Made by a program: the position numbers and the translations under genes. The notes under the pieces are model-generated. The model did not search any database, was not told the origin of the DNA, and saw only the letters and a list, made by a program, of their open reading frames with translations. A stretch of 64,000 nucleotides of DNA from Octopus sinensis (taxonomy: Eukaryota): the NCBI RefSeq assembly GCF_006345805.1, contig NC_042999.1:124124001-124188000 (forward strand), written 5' to 3'. Below are positions 12,048 through 25,129 of this stretch, one piece after another; the stretch's first letter is position 1; each line of letters starts with the position of its first letter.

Positions 12048-12611
12048 AAGTGAAATGCATCAGTTAGGTTTTAGACTAATTACTTCTTACATCAATAAAA
12101 CTTAAGGAAATTAAGTAGATTATAATTTGAATAGTCAAAGTTTTAGAATTAGACAAGTATGAGGCTGAGAAATACAGATCAATATAATTGGCATCTATTG
12201 TTTCCAAGATAGCAGTGCCAGGAATACAATGACCTGTGCTCACTTGCACTTTCTGCTTATTGAAGCAGCATTATTTCCTAAAATGGAGTTCCTGCAAATT
12301 ACAGTAAATGTGTGTTAAACAAATATAACATGTAAATAATCCGACAAAGTTACCAACATAAAATATGCAATATTACATATTTAGATTTATTTTGAAGTAT
12401 TTGACAAACTTAATGATCAAAATCTTTGTCTGAAATTGAAGGTCTAAAGAATTTGAAGGAAGCCTTAGCTTTAAATTGACTGATGCTTCTTGAACAGATT
12501 AAAAAGGTGGTAGATATCGATAAGGAGTAAAAGTTCATAGATGTCTGATCAAAATAAGCCAACAAAATCCTGAATTCTTCCCTTTTCTTTTTGCTTTATA
12601 TCATTAACATA

Positions 12612-12949
12612 TATTCTGAGTTCAAATGCAGTTGAGGTCAACTTTACCTTTCATCCTTTCAGGGTTAATATCGCTAGCCACTACACACATTTTTTTTCTC
12701 CTTGTTTCTTTCTGTGGTCCTTTCTGTGGAAGAGCGTAGGCTCGAAATGTTAAAGACTTTTTCAATTCCCGAGCGTTATACTAATACATCTGTTCGTTTT
12801 CTACATCACCTGTCTTCGTCTTTTGTTTTTTGTGAATTCTCACCTTAATATAAGTACCAGTTGAGCACGTGGGAGGGGGAGCTCAATATAATTGACTTAC
12901 CCTCTCCCCACTAAAATTGCTGGCCTTGTGTCAAACTTTGAAACCATAT
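12612..12949 (+). mobile_element. SINE family B copy interrupted by a hammerhead-bearing element
   Basis: 'ttctgagttcaaatgcagttgaggtcaactttacctttcatcc' resumes at 12851 as 'taagtaccagttgagcac'. Confidence 0.75.
12671..12850 (+). mobile_element. Penelope-like short element (family 1) with hammerhead-like motif at 12720-12756
   Basis: CTTT-CTGTGGA-A-GAGC-GTAG-GCTC-GAA-ATGT-T-AAAG; reverse complement of 4520-4690. Confidence 0.65.
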
Positions 12950-13162
12950 TGGTTTCAAATTTTGGAAGAAGACTTGAAATTAGGGTGAAAGGACTAAGTT
13001 GATTAGATCAACCCCAGAACTCAACAGGTACTTGTCTTATCAACCCCAAAAGATGAAAGGCAAAGTAAACCTTGGTGAATTTGAACTCAGAATGTAAAGA
13101 TGGATGAAACACCATTAAGCATTTTGTCCGGTGTGCTAACAATTCAGCCCACACGCCAACCT
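12950..13162 (-). mobile_element. SINE family B, reverse orientation, with 17-bp target-site duplication
   Basis: aaactttgaaaccatat at 12933-12949 and 13163-13179. Confidence 0.75.
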
Positions 13163-14569
13163 AAACTTTGAAACCATATCAATAATAGTTTGTTCTAACA
13201 GAACATCTCCGTCTAAGTGGAAATAAATATTACCCCTTGGTACTGATCCTGCCTCTGTCGCTAATATATATATATATATATTTAACAAGCTCACTGGCTA
13301 AATGCCTGTTCTGGCACTGTTATTCTATATATCACTAGCAGGGAGATTAATACAGCCTCTGTTGCTGATATATATTTTTTAAAAAACCCCAATAGCTGTT
13401 TGCGGCACCAGTGCTTGATCTGGCACTGTTATTCTATATATCACTGGCAAGGAGATGAGTGACTGCTATATCTAGCAATTGAGCGTCCATCATTGATAAG
13501 ACCAAGGAAAGTCAATTCATGTGATCTGGTGATCTTGGCACTGGAGGTAGCAGAGACTTATCTCCCTGCCAGCAGTATTAATGAGAGTGCATTTCACATT
13601 GAAAGACAATATGAGAGTTTCTCTCATGGTATCTACCACAGAATATCTTGTTCTAGCAGAACATCCACATTTAAGTGAGGTTAGATAATACTGATTCTGT
13701 CGCTAATATATATTTCTTAACATATTAATAACAACCCACCAAATATGATTACTTATACATCAACAACAACTATTTCACACTAAATATTCTTGGATGATCT
13801 GACTGCATAGAAATAAAAATTCAGTCAATAAAATGGAAGTAGAAAATGTCAAATCATGTCAGCAAATACATTCTTTATTTTGAGTAGATAAGCCTACCAG
13901 AGCTACACTCTTTTATCATAATTTTGATAATAATATATTTTCTTTTAGATCTCTGACATCCCCAAGGAAGAAGGATTACAATTAACTAACACTGGTTAAT
14001 TTCCAATTTATCAAAAACACTGAAAGACATACTTTTTAAGTCAGTAAAATAAGCAATATTCATAAAACATTATTCTTTCAATCATATTCAGTACCTCATT
14101 AATTAAGCCATCTAATATAACTAGTTATAAAGTCATGAAATAATCATTGGAAAATAATTTAATAAAATAAATGTTATTACTAACACTTAAGAAGAAGATT
14201 TTTTTGTTTGTTTTTTTGCAAAGTTATCATAAGGTCAGTGTGTATTTTATTTTAATAATAGTAATATGAATGTAGACCTTCAAGAGTGATAATTTCCTCA
14301 CTTCATTTGAAGAGACTGAAAAAAATTAAAAGAATGGCCTACGGGAAAAGGAACTCCTTGAGTTAAACAGGTAGAAATACAGAATATTTTTCTTAATATT
14401 GCCAAATGCTTTCCTCATTTATGTTTCCTTGCAGGAGAAAACCTTGAGAATGATGCCATATGAGGAATGACCAACAACTATTCGGTTATTTATGCCTCTG
14501 TTTATTTTTACTCTCTTCCCTCTAGTTATGTGTGAATGTATACATGTATGTGTATCTCTACACAGTGTG

Positions 14570-14735
14570 TGTGTGTGTTATGTATGTATGTATGTATGTA
14601 TGTATGTATGTATGTATGTATGTATGTATGTATGTATGCATGCACGTATGTATGTATGTATGTATGAATGTATGTATTTATGTATGTATGCATGCATGCA
14701 TGTATGTATGCATGCATATATGTATGTATGCATGA
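14570..14735. repeat. (TATG)n microsatellite
   Basis: Direct inspection. Confidence 0.95.
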
Positions 14736-15375
14736 CTCATTGTTTATGTGTTTACACAAGCAAAATCATAGTTCTCAGTTAAATATATTATGTGATATAG
14801 TCAAGTAGTGATAATACATTGTGATTCAGAGTTTTATGTCCAGGAATTCTATATAATCTGTAAAAAATTAAATATCAATCTCTTTCTTGGATATCAGTGA
14901 TAATATTGTATTATGTGTTTGAAAATATTGTAAGTCACATAGCTTTTTCATATATTTTATGAGTTCTTTACCTTATTTTAGTTGAAAAGAAGGTGGAATG
15001 AGATTAAAATAAACTGATAAGTGGTAGTAAATATGGAAAATAAATGGGCTAAAATTATAAAGCATCAATAATTAAATATTGTAGTGAGTTAACAGAAGAG
15101 ACTATAGAGATTGTGTTTCTTATGGGCTTAAATCAAGAAAAGAGATATAGTTACAAATACAGAATTATCCCACTCATTTGGATGGTGATATACTCTTCTT
15201 ATGTTTCAGCAGACATTTTGCAATGTAGCAGTACTTGGTGAGGATCTCTGATCTGACACTTACATACTCTGTAGATTTATTTATGATGTTGACTATGAGA
15301 CTCTCTTTAGTTAAGCATTATTACTGAAGAAAAATGAGAAAGGTTCTTCTTTTTAAGTATGCATGTAGGCTCAAG

Positions 15376-15510
15376 TGAGTCAACATAATTTTCTTGCGTT
15401 AAGCTGGTCTGTCATGTGATGGGATTGGATAGCCCATGTAAAACCAGAAGGACTCGACCATCACATGACCACGTCATGTGACCACTTGTAGAAAACACGT
15501 ATATGAGTCA
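15376..15510. promoter_or_regulatory. Candidate enhancer: three M-box/E-box (TCATGTGA) motifs between two AP-1 (TGAGTCA) motifs
   Basis: TGAGTCA 15376-82, GTCATGTGA 15411-19, TCACATGAC 15461-69, GTCATGTGAC 15473-82, TGAGTCA 15504-10; motif match only. Confidence 0.25.
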
Positions 15511-18500
15511 AATTCTGGATATTTAAGGCTAGACAGCCAAATGATAAACATACTTCTGGTACACATTCAACAGGAAACTTGTTTACAAATTTAGTCATTT
15601 AAGTTTAACAAAACAAAAAAGTGTTTCTATATACTTAACACCCATTCAATGCCAGATACTTTTCTTTGTACTTTCATAATATTATATTATTGTTATTTAG
15701 TTCTAGTTAAGTGCTAATCGAACTTAACTAGAACTAAATACTCATGACTTTTCCATGTCATTTTTCAGATGACAATTTGTTTCAAACCACTAGTTGATGG
15801 TGTTTTAGTTGCTATTTCTGGTAGGTCAAGGCTCTTTCAATTGGTTCAATGTCATAATATTGGTTTATACCCTTAGCACAATTTAAAAAACAAAAACTGG
15901 TCCCTGTATTTGATTGACATTTATTATATCAATCCTAAAAGTACGACAGGTAAAATTGAATTTGGTAGGATTCGAAATAACAACAGCTTAAGTAGCTCCA
16001 ACACTACTTCTGTGCGATCCCCCCCTCCTCAATAATACTAATAATATTTTAAAAATTCCTGCTAATGTGTTAGATGGAGAGCAGAGAGAATAATGAGAAA
16101 TGAAAATACTGTAGATCTATGGACAATTTTATTTTCTCACAGAACATAACAGAAAAGTAGTTTACGGTGTTCTGCACTAATGCGTGTGGCAAAATATGAG
16201 AAAATACCAACAGCAAAAGAATTGCCCTCCAGAGACAGCTTCAATAATCTTCCTGTCAGACCAATACCCAAAAGGCTTGTTAACATTGAAATGATGTACA
16301 TCTTTCCAAAGCCAAAGAGTTTACATTGAGAACAGTTTCTCTTTCTACCCGGATTTCTTGATGTTCTGTGTTCGCATAAAGACTTTGATAAAATAAATCA
16401 ACACTGTCCTCTGATGTGCATCCTTCAACACTTTAGCAAATAACGACATACGCAGCAATCCCCTTGTGAGGCTGCTAACAACTCGTCTGTTTACATCATG
16501 TTACAGACAGAAACACACACATTTCTTATACAAAACCAAATATGTATCATTAGTTTGTCACCCAGCTTGAAGTATCACTGCAACACACACTCATATATAT
16601 TCTTGAGGAAGAGAGTTGTGGCTTCCTTTATATCACTCAAACAACTACTGATGTAGGAAATGTCAAAATTTTAATTGACCTATGTATGCTTTGAGAGTTC
16701 AGGTGACTGCGATACAATATTTTTTTTAAATACATCAATTGCTTTCTAGATTGCACGCTGTTGTTGTTTAGCCCCAGGTCAGGCCTCATCAAGTCAATCA
16801 ATGATGGAAAACGTCCCAATCATAATCATTCTGTCTTTTGTTTATTCTTAGGGATGTGTAGGACTACAAATGTGTCTTTTCCTTTCTTAAGAAGTGTGAA
16901 ATGTAAAAAAATGTAGCTGCTATTTTTAGTAGGTCAGCTGATGACATAAGGACTCTTGTTTTAGCTCCTCTGATGTTTCATAATTAGGGGCACAAAGCAT
17001 AAGATAGGAAAACTTTAATATAAAGTAGAACTATGGCGGATTCATGACTGAGTCTCAGTTCAAGATGAATATTCAAGGTGACTAGCCACTAGCAAATTAC
17101 AATATGGAAGATCAAGAGGGATTTTATAGAAACTTCTTTGAAGAAGTTACCAAACTATCCAATAGGTCTCTCACATGATTAAAATCAGTTATAAAGATTG
17201 CCAGAAGTTTCTCATGCAAAAATATTTTGTGTTACATTCCAATGAAGTTTATCTTCTGACTAGTTCCACACTTCTTTACATGCTTGACTTATCTCCCTTT
17301 TATTTTGTTACATTTTCCAAAACGGAGTAGGCGTTGAAGGGGCTATATTTTGAGATAAGGGAAATTTCAACAAGTTCCAGATAATATTGGAAGATCTACA
17401 AGAAAAGTACAAAAGGAATAGTTCTGTGGTTCTTTTGAGGAAAGAAAATTGTGTTGAGATCTTTCTGTGTATTCCCAAGAGGATTATTTGAAACAGTGTT
17501 ACCTGCTTGTGGAGGCATATGGCTTAATGAATAGGGTGATGTGCTCACGATCATAAGATTATGGATTCAATTCTTGTGTGTTTGTATGTGTGTGTGTGTG
17601 TGTGTGTAAAGGCAAGATCCAAGGATCCAGGAGTAGGAATTTAATAAGCTTCAATGAGTACCCCTCATTGAGTACCTCCTGATAAGTACTCCTCGTTATT
17701 ACTATCTCCAAGGTTCTGCTAGCTAGGAAACATATTTAGCTTGGATTTTACCGACCCCATTCTCTAAACTTGGATTATATATATATATACATATCCTTAA
17801 CAAACTTCACTGCTATTGGTGATTGATTAAAACCTGAAATGATCTTGAGGTGCTACATTATAACAACAGCTGCAGAAATTCTTGCATAGAATTAACAGAC
17901 TTTATTTTGAGAAGTACGCCACAAATGAATCCCCCGCAACACATTAATTGGCAATACAATGTTCCTATCAAAATAAAAGCATTAATTTCTGATCCAATTT
18001 TAGAGTGCAAATCACATGCACAGTATTATTGAAATACACCACCATGGAACTCTGGTCACATGTATTCTGATTAAGATTTGGAAAACTTACTTTTTTTTCA
18101 GTGTGGGATCTTAAAACTGCTGCTTTTACACTTATTTTCATTATTGAATGTTGTTATTTGTTCATAGGAATAATATATTGTTTGCTAGTTTTATTCACAT
18201 ATAGCAATTATAATGAGAAAATTAAAACCAAGCTCTTGTCATCTTTCTATATAAGTAATTATATGTTATATGATTAAATACTTTAAATTGGATGTTATAC
18301 ATCATAAGGTTAACTGCTCATATATTACTATGGAACATAGTTATTATTTCTATTTTCAGTTTAATGATTATTTTTCTCCCTAAGATTTCTCAACATTCTC
18401 ACTCTTGTTGCTAAAATCATTAAACACTGACTGAAGTTCTTAAAAATGTGTAAGGAGGAGGAAACCAAATAATTTTAAAATAGATCTTGCTAGGAAATAC

Positions 18501-20451
18501 AAATATGAAATGTGTATATATATTTGTTTCATTCATCATTATTTTAATATTTAATAGTTACAACAGTGAATTCAAATATTGTTTCCTTATTTTCTTATTG
18601 ACAACATTTTGAAACATAAATAACCATGTTTTGGAAAAGCATCTTTAAACATTAAAAATAACATGTATTTCAGAATGCATGTGTTAAGTATGAGAATGAA
18701 TTAAACCTTTCACAGTGAAATTCATAAACACAAACTCTTTAATATTAAATGAATTCACAAACACACATTCTTATATAAAATCACATAGTGACAGAATAAC
18801 AGCCAACCATATTAGGCGATGTTAAAATATTCAGTTTATGCTTAGATGTGACTGATTTAACCTTGAGCCTTCAAAGTTGTTCAAGAAAATCAAGAACTGA
18901 GTGCTTCTACTGCCATGACTATGAGAAAGTAAATCAGTGAAATGCCACTCCAATATACACCTGCTTTGCAAGTACAACAACCTCTGTCTTTTGAAACAAG
19001 CTCACACCACCCACTTAATTTCTTTGATGGGTATTAAGTGCTGTGTTTACATTAGTTCCCTCACCATCTGTGACTAAGCAAAGCTGATATCTCCCAACTC
19101 TTAGACAACCAGCTGTTAAGATAAAAACAAAGTTATAGCTTTAATCAAGTTTCTATTTAATAATAAATCTGAAAATACTTGTACTGCTGTTGCTGTCGTT
19201 GATGATGATGATATTTGCATCACTACCACCACCATCATCACCACCACCAACAACAACACCACCGCGGCCGCAACCCCACCACTACCCATAACCATCATCA
19301 TCATCATCATCATCATCAACAACAATAACATCCTCATTAACAGTATCATATTTTTTATCCCTTTCTTCTTCCTGTTTTATGAATAAAAAGTTTCTTTTTC
19401 ATTTCCCAGATCTTTTGAAAGTCCAAAATGACTAGTCATAATGTCGACAACAACAACAACATACATACAGAACAACCTTCCTACTGTAACCAATATACCA
19501 AATTCACACACAAGGCTTTGCTTAACCTGGGGACTAATAAATAAAGACACTTACCTAAGGTACCATGCAGCAGAGCAGAACTCCAAACTGCATAGTTACA
19601 AAGCATACATCTTAGCAACACAACCATACCTATATTAGTTATAAATAAAGACAAGCTTTCTATATCATCATTGTGACCAAACACAGAATCAAAAAAATTA
19701 TAAACACAGTAATGGTGTATTCAAACTAAAACAAAAATCAAATACATCTAATCTTTTTTTATTTTCCTCCACCTTTTGTTCACGTCATCACCATCATTTT
19801 CATCATCTTTTATCAGCATTTTCATCTAGGTGGTACGAGGCAGAAAGAGATTTACAGAAGAGCCTCCTCACATTTTCAGTCATTTCTGCTTCTGACAAAT
19901 TGGATGGACTTCTCTCCTCATCTAAACGTTGATAATCCATGGCAACAAAGATGCTTTATACTTTAATCAACTAGACAGCAGAAGCAGTAACGGATACCTT
20001 TTCTCTATCCATCTGTCAACTGTATAACACTTCTCCAAAACCTAGAGATATTTCTCACCTAAGTAGTTCATTAAAACTTATTTGGTTGCTATTAAGACAA
20101 AAATGAAAGCCTTCAACACTTGAATGACTGCTTCCTAACATTTACTGTCTATTTCCTTCAGTTATAACACTGATAAAGAAACCACACAACTTGCTAAAGA
20201 TTCTTTCATGCAAGAACATCCATTTATGGTTGTTTGTTACATCCAAGAAAGAGCGACATTGGCAAAATTGTTAGTGCATGAGACAAAATACCTTGAAGTA
20301 TTTAGTTATAACTCTTTATATTCTGAGTTCAAATCCTGCTGATGTCAACTTTACCCTTAATCCTTCAGGGATTAAGATGATAAAAAGTAAAATACTAGTC
20401 AAATACTGGGGTTGATTTACATTCCTACAATACATCCTAATTGGGACTTTG

Positions 20452-20600
20452 ACTGTGTGGTTAAGAAGTTTGCTTCCCAAATACATGATTTCAGGTTCAG
20501 TCCCACTGCATAGACAAGTGTCTTCTATAACTCTCGGCCAATCAAAGTGGATTTCATAGACAGAAACTGAAAAAGCTCGTCATATATGTACATGCGCGCA
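20452..20600 (+). mobile_element. SINE family A, 5' half
   Basis: 'actgtgtggttaagaagtttgcttcccaa...ggttcagtcccactgc...gacagaaactgaaaaagctcgtcatata'. Confidence 0.75.
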
Positions 20601-20629
20601 AGCGCGTGTGTGTGTGTGTTTGTATTTTA

Positions 20630-21028
20630 TCTTTTATTTGTTTCAGTCATTTGACTGTGGCCATGCCTTGAGGAATATTAGTTGAACTAATTGACTCCAA
20701 TACTTATTTTCTTTTTCAACCTGGTACTTATTCTATCAGTCTCTTTTGCCAAACTGCTAAGTTACAGGGACATAAACACACCAACACTAGTTGTCAAGTG
20801 GTGGGATGGTAACAAACACACACATACACACACACTCACACACACATACACAATACATACACACACACACACGACAGGCTTCTTTCAGTTGCTGTCTACC
20901 AAATTCATTCACAAGACTTTGGTTGGCCTGAGGTTATAGAAGCAGACATTTACCCAAGGTGTCATACAACGGGATTGAACCCAGAACAATGTGGTTGGGA
21001 AGCAAACATCTTACCACACAGCCATGCT
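20630..21028 (-). mobile_element. SINE family A, reverse, near full length
   Basis: Reverse complement of 4112-4492 including internal (CA)n. Confidence 0.8.
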
Positions 21029-21051
21029 TGATATATATATATATTAATTTT

Positions 21052-21365
21052 ATTCTTTATTTATACGCCCTTTTCAAGCCTAGCCAGGCTCATGGGGTCT
21101 GGTTTCCCGGTTTCTGTGGTGTATGTGTTCCACCCAGCTGGACTGGACGCCAGTCCATTGCAGTGTTACTCAAGAAACAGGAAGAAAGCATGAGAGAAAG
21201 TTGGAGCAAAAGGGTACAACAGAGGTCGCCACTACTCCCTGCCAGAGTCTCGTAGAGCTTTTAGGTGTTTTCGCTCAATAAACACACACAACATCTGGTC
21301 TGGGAATCGAAACCGCGATCCTCCAACTGCGAGTCCGCTGCTCTAACCACTGGGCCATTGCACCT
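21052..21365 (-). mobile_element. tRNA-derived SINE (family C), well preserved
   Basis: Minus strand 'aggtgcaatggcccagtggttagagcagcggactcgc...ggtttcgattcccagacc' has A and B boxes, followed by a non-tRNA body and AAT-rich tail. Confidence 0.8.
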
Positions 21366-23239
21366 ACACATACACACACACATATATATATATACATGTA
21401 TACATGTTTGTATGTATATGTGTATGTGTGTGTTTATATTCCCTTATTTTGACATTAGAGGATATTTATAAATAAGCATCCTCATCATACAAGTTGAATT
21501 CTTCATTTGCAGCCAACCATAGGAAATTTGCCTCAATGAATTGACCTATGCAATCATAGAAAAGTGGACATCAAAAAGAACAATGATGATAGTGGTGGCA
21601 GCAGTGACACCAACATAAACTCTTTGAAAACGCTTAGCCTTACAACCTTTGATGATCTTTCCTTCTGACCACACATTTCTATACAGGATAAAGTATCAGA
21701 AATTATAGGAAGTTTCTGTTACCTTTTGAAAGGTAAACATTGAGAAATATTTCAGTCTTAAAGCATTACTGACAATATATACAGTTACTAATATGCCTTA
21801 CAATGGATTAATTATCATAGATTAGACATAGTGCACCCCTACACATACTCACACACACACTAACACATACATGCACACACACACACTAACACACACATGC
21901 ATGTACACATGCACACAGACATGCATGCATGCACATACACATGCATACACACATACACACACACACACACCACACACACACACAGAGGCATCTGTATCAG
22001 ATCGAAAAGGAGATATTTGCCTAATTATCAAATTTTCCCTCATCAATACACCCACTGCAATGACTAGCCACTGTTCTCTTCTGGCAATGCCATATCCTAC
22101 TTTAATCTCCTGTGCAATTCTACAATTATGTCTTTTCCTCTAAGCTTCCTAACTTTATATCATTTCCAGCTTGACCAACTCTTTATCACCATCATTTTAA
22201 TGTCCAATTTTTCATACCGCTCTATGAGTCAAATGGAATTCAATGTAGCAGATTTTTCTACAGCTGGATGTTCCTTCTATCAACAACCCCCACTTCCACT
22301 AGCTTCCAAGCAAGGTTACCCTTATTTAACAATGTTCAATCCATACATAGAACTGCAAAATCTATGTATTCTCTTTAACAAATAACAGTCAAGTATTCCA
22401 ACTGCACATTAACTTATCAACCTCATTCAGTAATTTATGAACTCTAGCAATGATGAGCCACAAAACCTATAAACATTGTTAGCCTTTCTCAAACTAATTA
22501 ACTTTACAAATATTTCCAATTGTTTTTTTGGTCTCATTTCTGTCAAAGAAACTACTCTCACAAAATTATTTCAACACTTCTTAATTTAATCTTTCACACA
22601 TATTAAGAATTAACTCTTAATCCTAATTCATTGACTCTGTATCTCCAGTCATATAATCTAAGACGATTTAACAAAATAAGAACTTACCCTATCCAAACTG
22701 CTACTTCTGTGCCCTTGTGCTTTCTGAATTTTCCAACACTTTCATCTCCTTAGAGACTTTTCCCAAGTGGAAAAAAGTAATTTCTTAACTTGTAGCTTAA
22801 TTTCTCTCTTCATCAATCATGCTATAAGCTTCAAAATCAATTCATATATGCCATAATTCTTCTTTTTAATCAATCAACAATTACTTTATATGTCATTCCA
22901 AAAACTATCAACACCTTTTGTTGGCGATGGCTTCTATCATTATATCTCATCTCTTATTCACCAGAAACCTGTGAAAACTTGTCTTTGGTATTAAATAGTT
23001 CTTCTCTTCAAGGATACAAGTTCTTACACACACACGTGCACACACACAGACATACATACACACACATGCACACACACATACACACACACAGTCCAGTGCA
23101 TTCCAGCATGGTAAATAGACTGATAATAACAAGGAGGATGACAGATATGCATGTGTGTGGGGGGGGGGGCATGTGTGCACACATATGTTTGTGAATGTAT
23201 GTTTGTTTACATTTATTTGTGCTTTTCCAAAATTTGCTG

Positions 23240-23432
23240 AGTTACAAGTGATTATGTTGTTGACACACACGTATATATGATGGGCTTCTTTCAGTTTCCA
23301 TCTGCCAAATCCACTCACAAGGCTTTGGTTGGCTCGAGGCTATAGTAGAAGACACTTGCCCAAGGTGACATGCAGTGAGACTGAACCCAGAACCATGTGG
23401 CTGGGACGTAAACTTCCTACCACACAACCACT
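23240..23432 (-). mobile_element. SINE family A, 5' half, reverse
   Basis: 'gggcttctttcagtttccatctgccaaatccactcacaaggc...cttgcccaaggtg...gaacccagaaccatgtgg'. Confidence 0.8.
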
Positions 23433-24145
23433 CCTGTGCCAATTATCAAAGGTCTTTTTTTATTATCAAAGAATGCTTTACACCAAATACTTCCAACCAT
23501 GGAATACTAGAATTTTTAGCCATGATTCAATACAATTGATGCTGCATTCTTTATTGTTGTTGCATTTTTGTTTTTGTTGCATTCTTTTGGGGTGTACACC
23601 TCTGAAAATTTTCTTTCTTGTATTCTTGAAAATATTTTAGAAACATTTTAAAAGCAATTTTTCTGTGTGGTAAAAATTCTTACTCTGATAACCTACAGTG
23701 TCTGACATCCCCAATAAACAGTCACTTTTATTTTCGCTACTATAACCACAATAGTCTCACTATCTTCCTTCCCATGAATCAAGCTAAGACTCACTGCTTT
23801 CACTCAAGCTGTCTACATAGGAGTAAGGAAATATCGAATTCTTGAACTAATTGTCGAACAGCCTCAGGCTAAAGCTCTGTGAAAGGGCAGATGCAAATTA
23901 AAGCAACTAATGGAATGGCAGTGCTGAGGAATATGAGACTTATGAAATACTTTGGAGAAATATGTAGAAGCAGTAGCAACCTGACTATTTGTTCACAAAT
24001 TCTTGTAGTGTTATATGTTAATAAATATAAAAGAAAGAGGTTCAAAAAATTTAGCATACCAAACTTACTTTCTGGTTAAAATACATAAACTCAGAGAGAG
24101 ATAGACAAGTAGGCAGAGACAGAGACACAGACGGACAGACAGACA

Positions 24146-24378
24146 GACAGTGAGCTGGCAGAAACATTAGCACGCCGGGCGAAATGATTAGTGGTATTTC
24201 GTCTGCTGCTACATTCTGAGTTCAAATTCAGTCGAGGTTGACTTTGCCTTTCATCCTTTTGGTGTCGATTAATTAAGTGCCAGTTATGCACTGGGGTCGA
24301 TATGATCGTCTTAATCCGTTTGTCTGTCCTTGTTTGTCCCCTCTGTGTGTAGCCCCTTGTGGGCAGTAAAGAAATAAG
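24146..24378 (+). mobile_element. SINE family B, well preserved
   Basis: 'gtgagctggcagaaacattagcacgccgggcgaaatg...ttctgagttcaaattc...gggcagtaaagaaataaga'. Confidence 0.85.
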
Positions 24379-25073
24379 ACAGACAGACAGAGACAGAGAT
24401 GGGGGCGCAATTTACTCTTGCTGATGACAGACAGATTGTGTCACTAATGTGGACTTTGATGGTGTGTGGGGTTGAACTTAAAGTCTCCAGTAAACAATAC
24501 CTATGATATTGCAACAAGAACAAAAATTGAAGTAGCAACAGCAACAACAACAGAAGTTAAAATACTCTAAAATTACTGATGCAAATAAAAAACTTTTAGT
24601 CATTCCCTTCACTCATTTCCCCATACTTTGAAAAGCATGCTTACTACAAATACTATATTAATTAGTAAAAGTAACTATTTTACCTCTAAATTAAATGATT
24701 TAACCATACATTTCCATTAGTAAATTCAACACATTATTTCAAATATTTCCCACATCATAAACATAGTTATGGCTGCATAGTAAGAAGTTTGCTTTCCAAC
24801 CATATGGCTCTAGGTTCAGTCACTGGATTTCTGGAAACTGAAAGGAGCATGTCATACACACACACACGCACATACATATTTGTAACTTGTATAGACCATG
24901 TGCACAAAACCTGAAGATTACTTGGAGACACTAGGCAAGTTTTTAAATCTGCCAAGATAAGATCTTCAGTGTGTGAAACTATTAATGGCTCATAAGTAAA
25001 TACTGTGTATATTAACAATATATATCTCTCACCAGATGACATACTCTTTTTGTTATCATACCCAAATGGGAAG

Positions 25074-25126
<53 letters not shown>

Positions 25127-25129
25127 GAT

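Noticed and set aside
21290-21365. Possible tRNA gene
   Set aside because: A and B boxes are present but there is no acceptor-stem closure and it continues into a SINE body; the same applies to 30411-30480.
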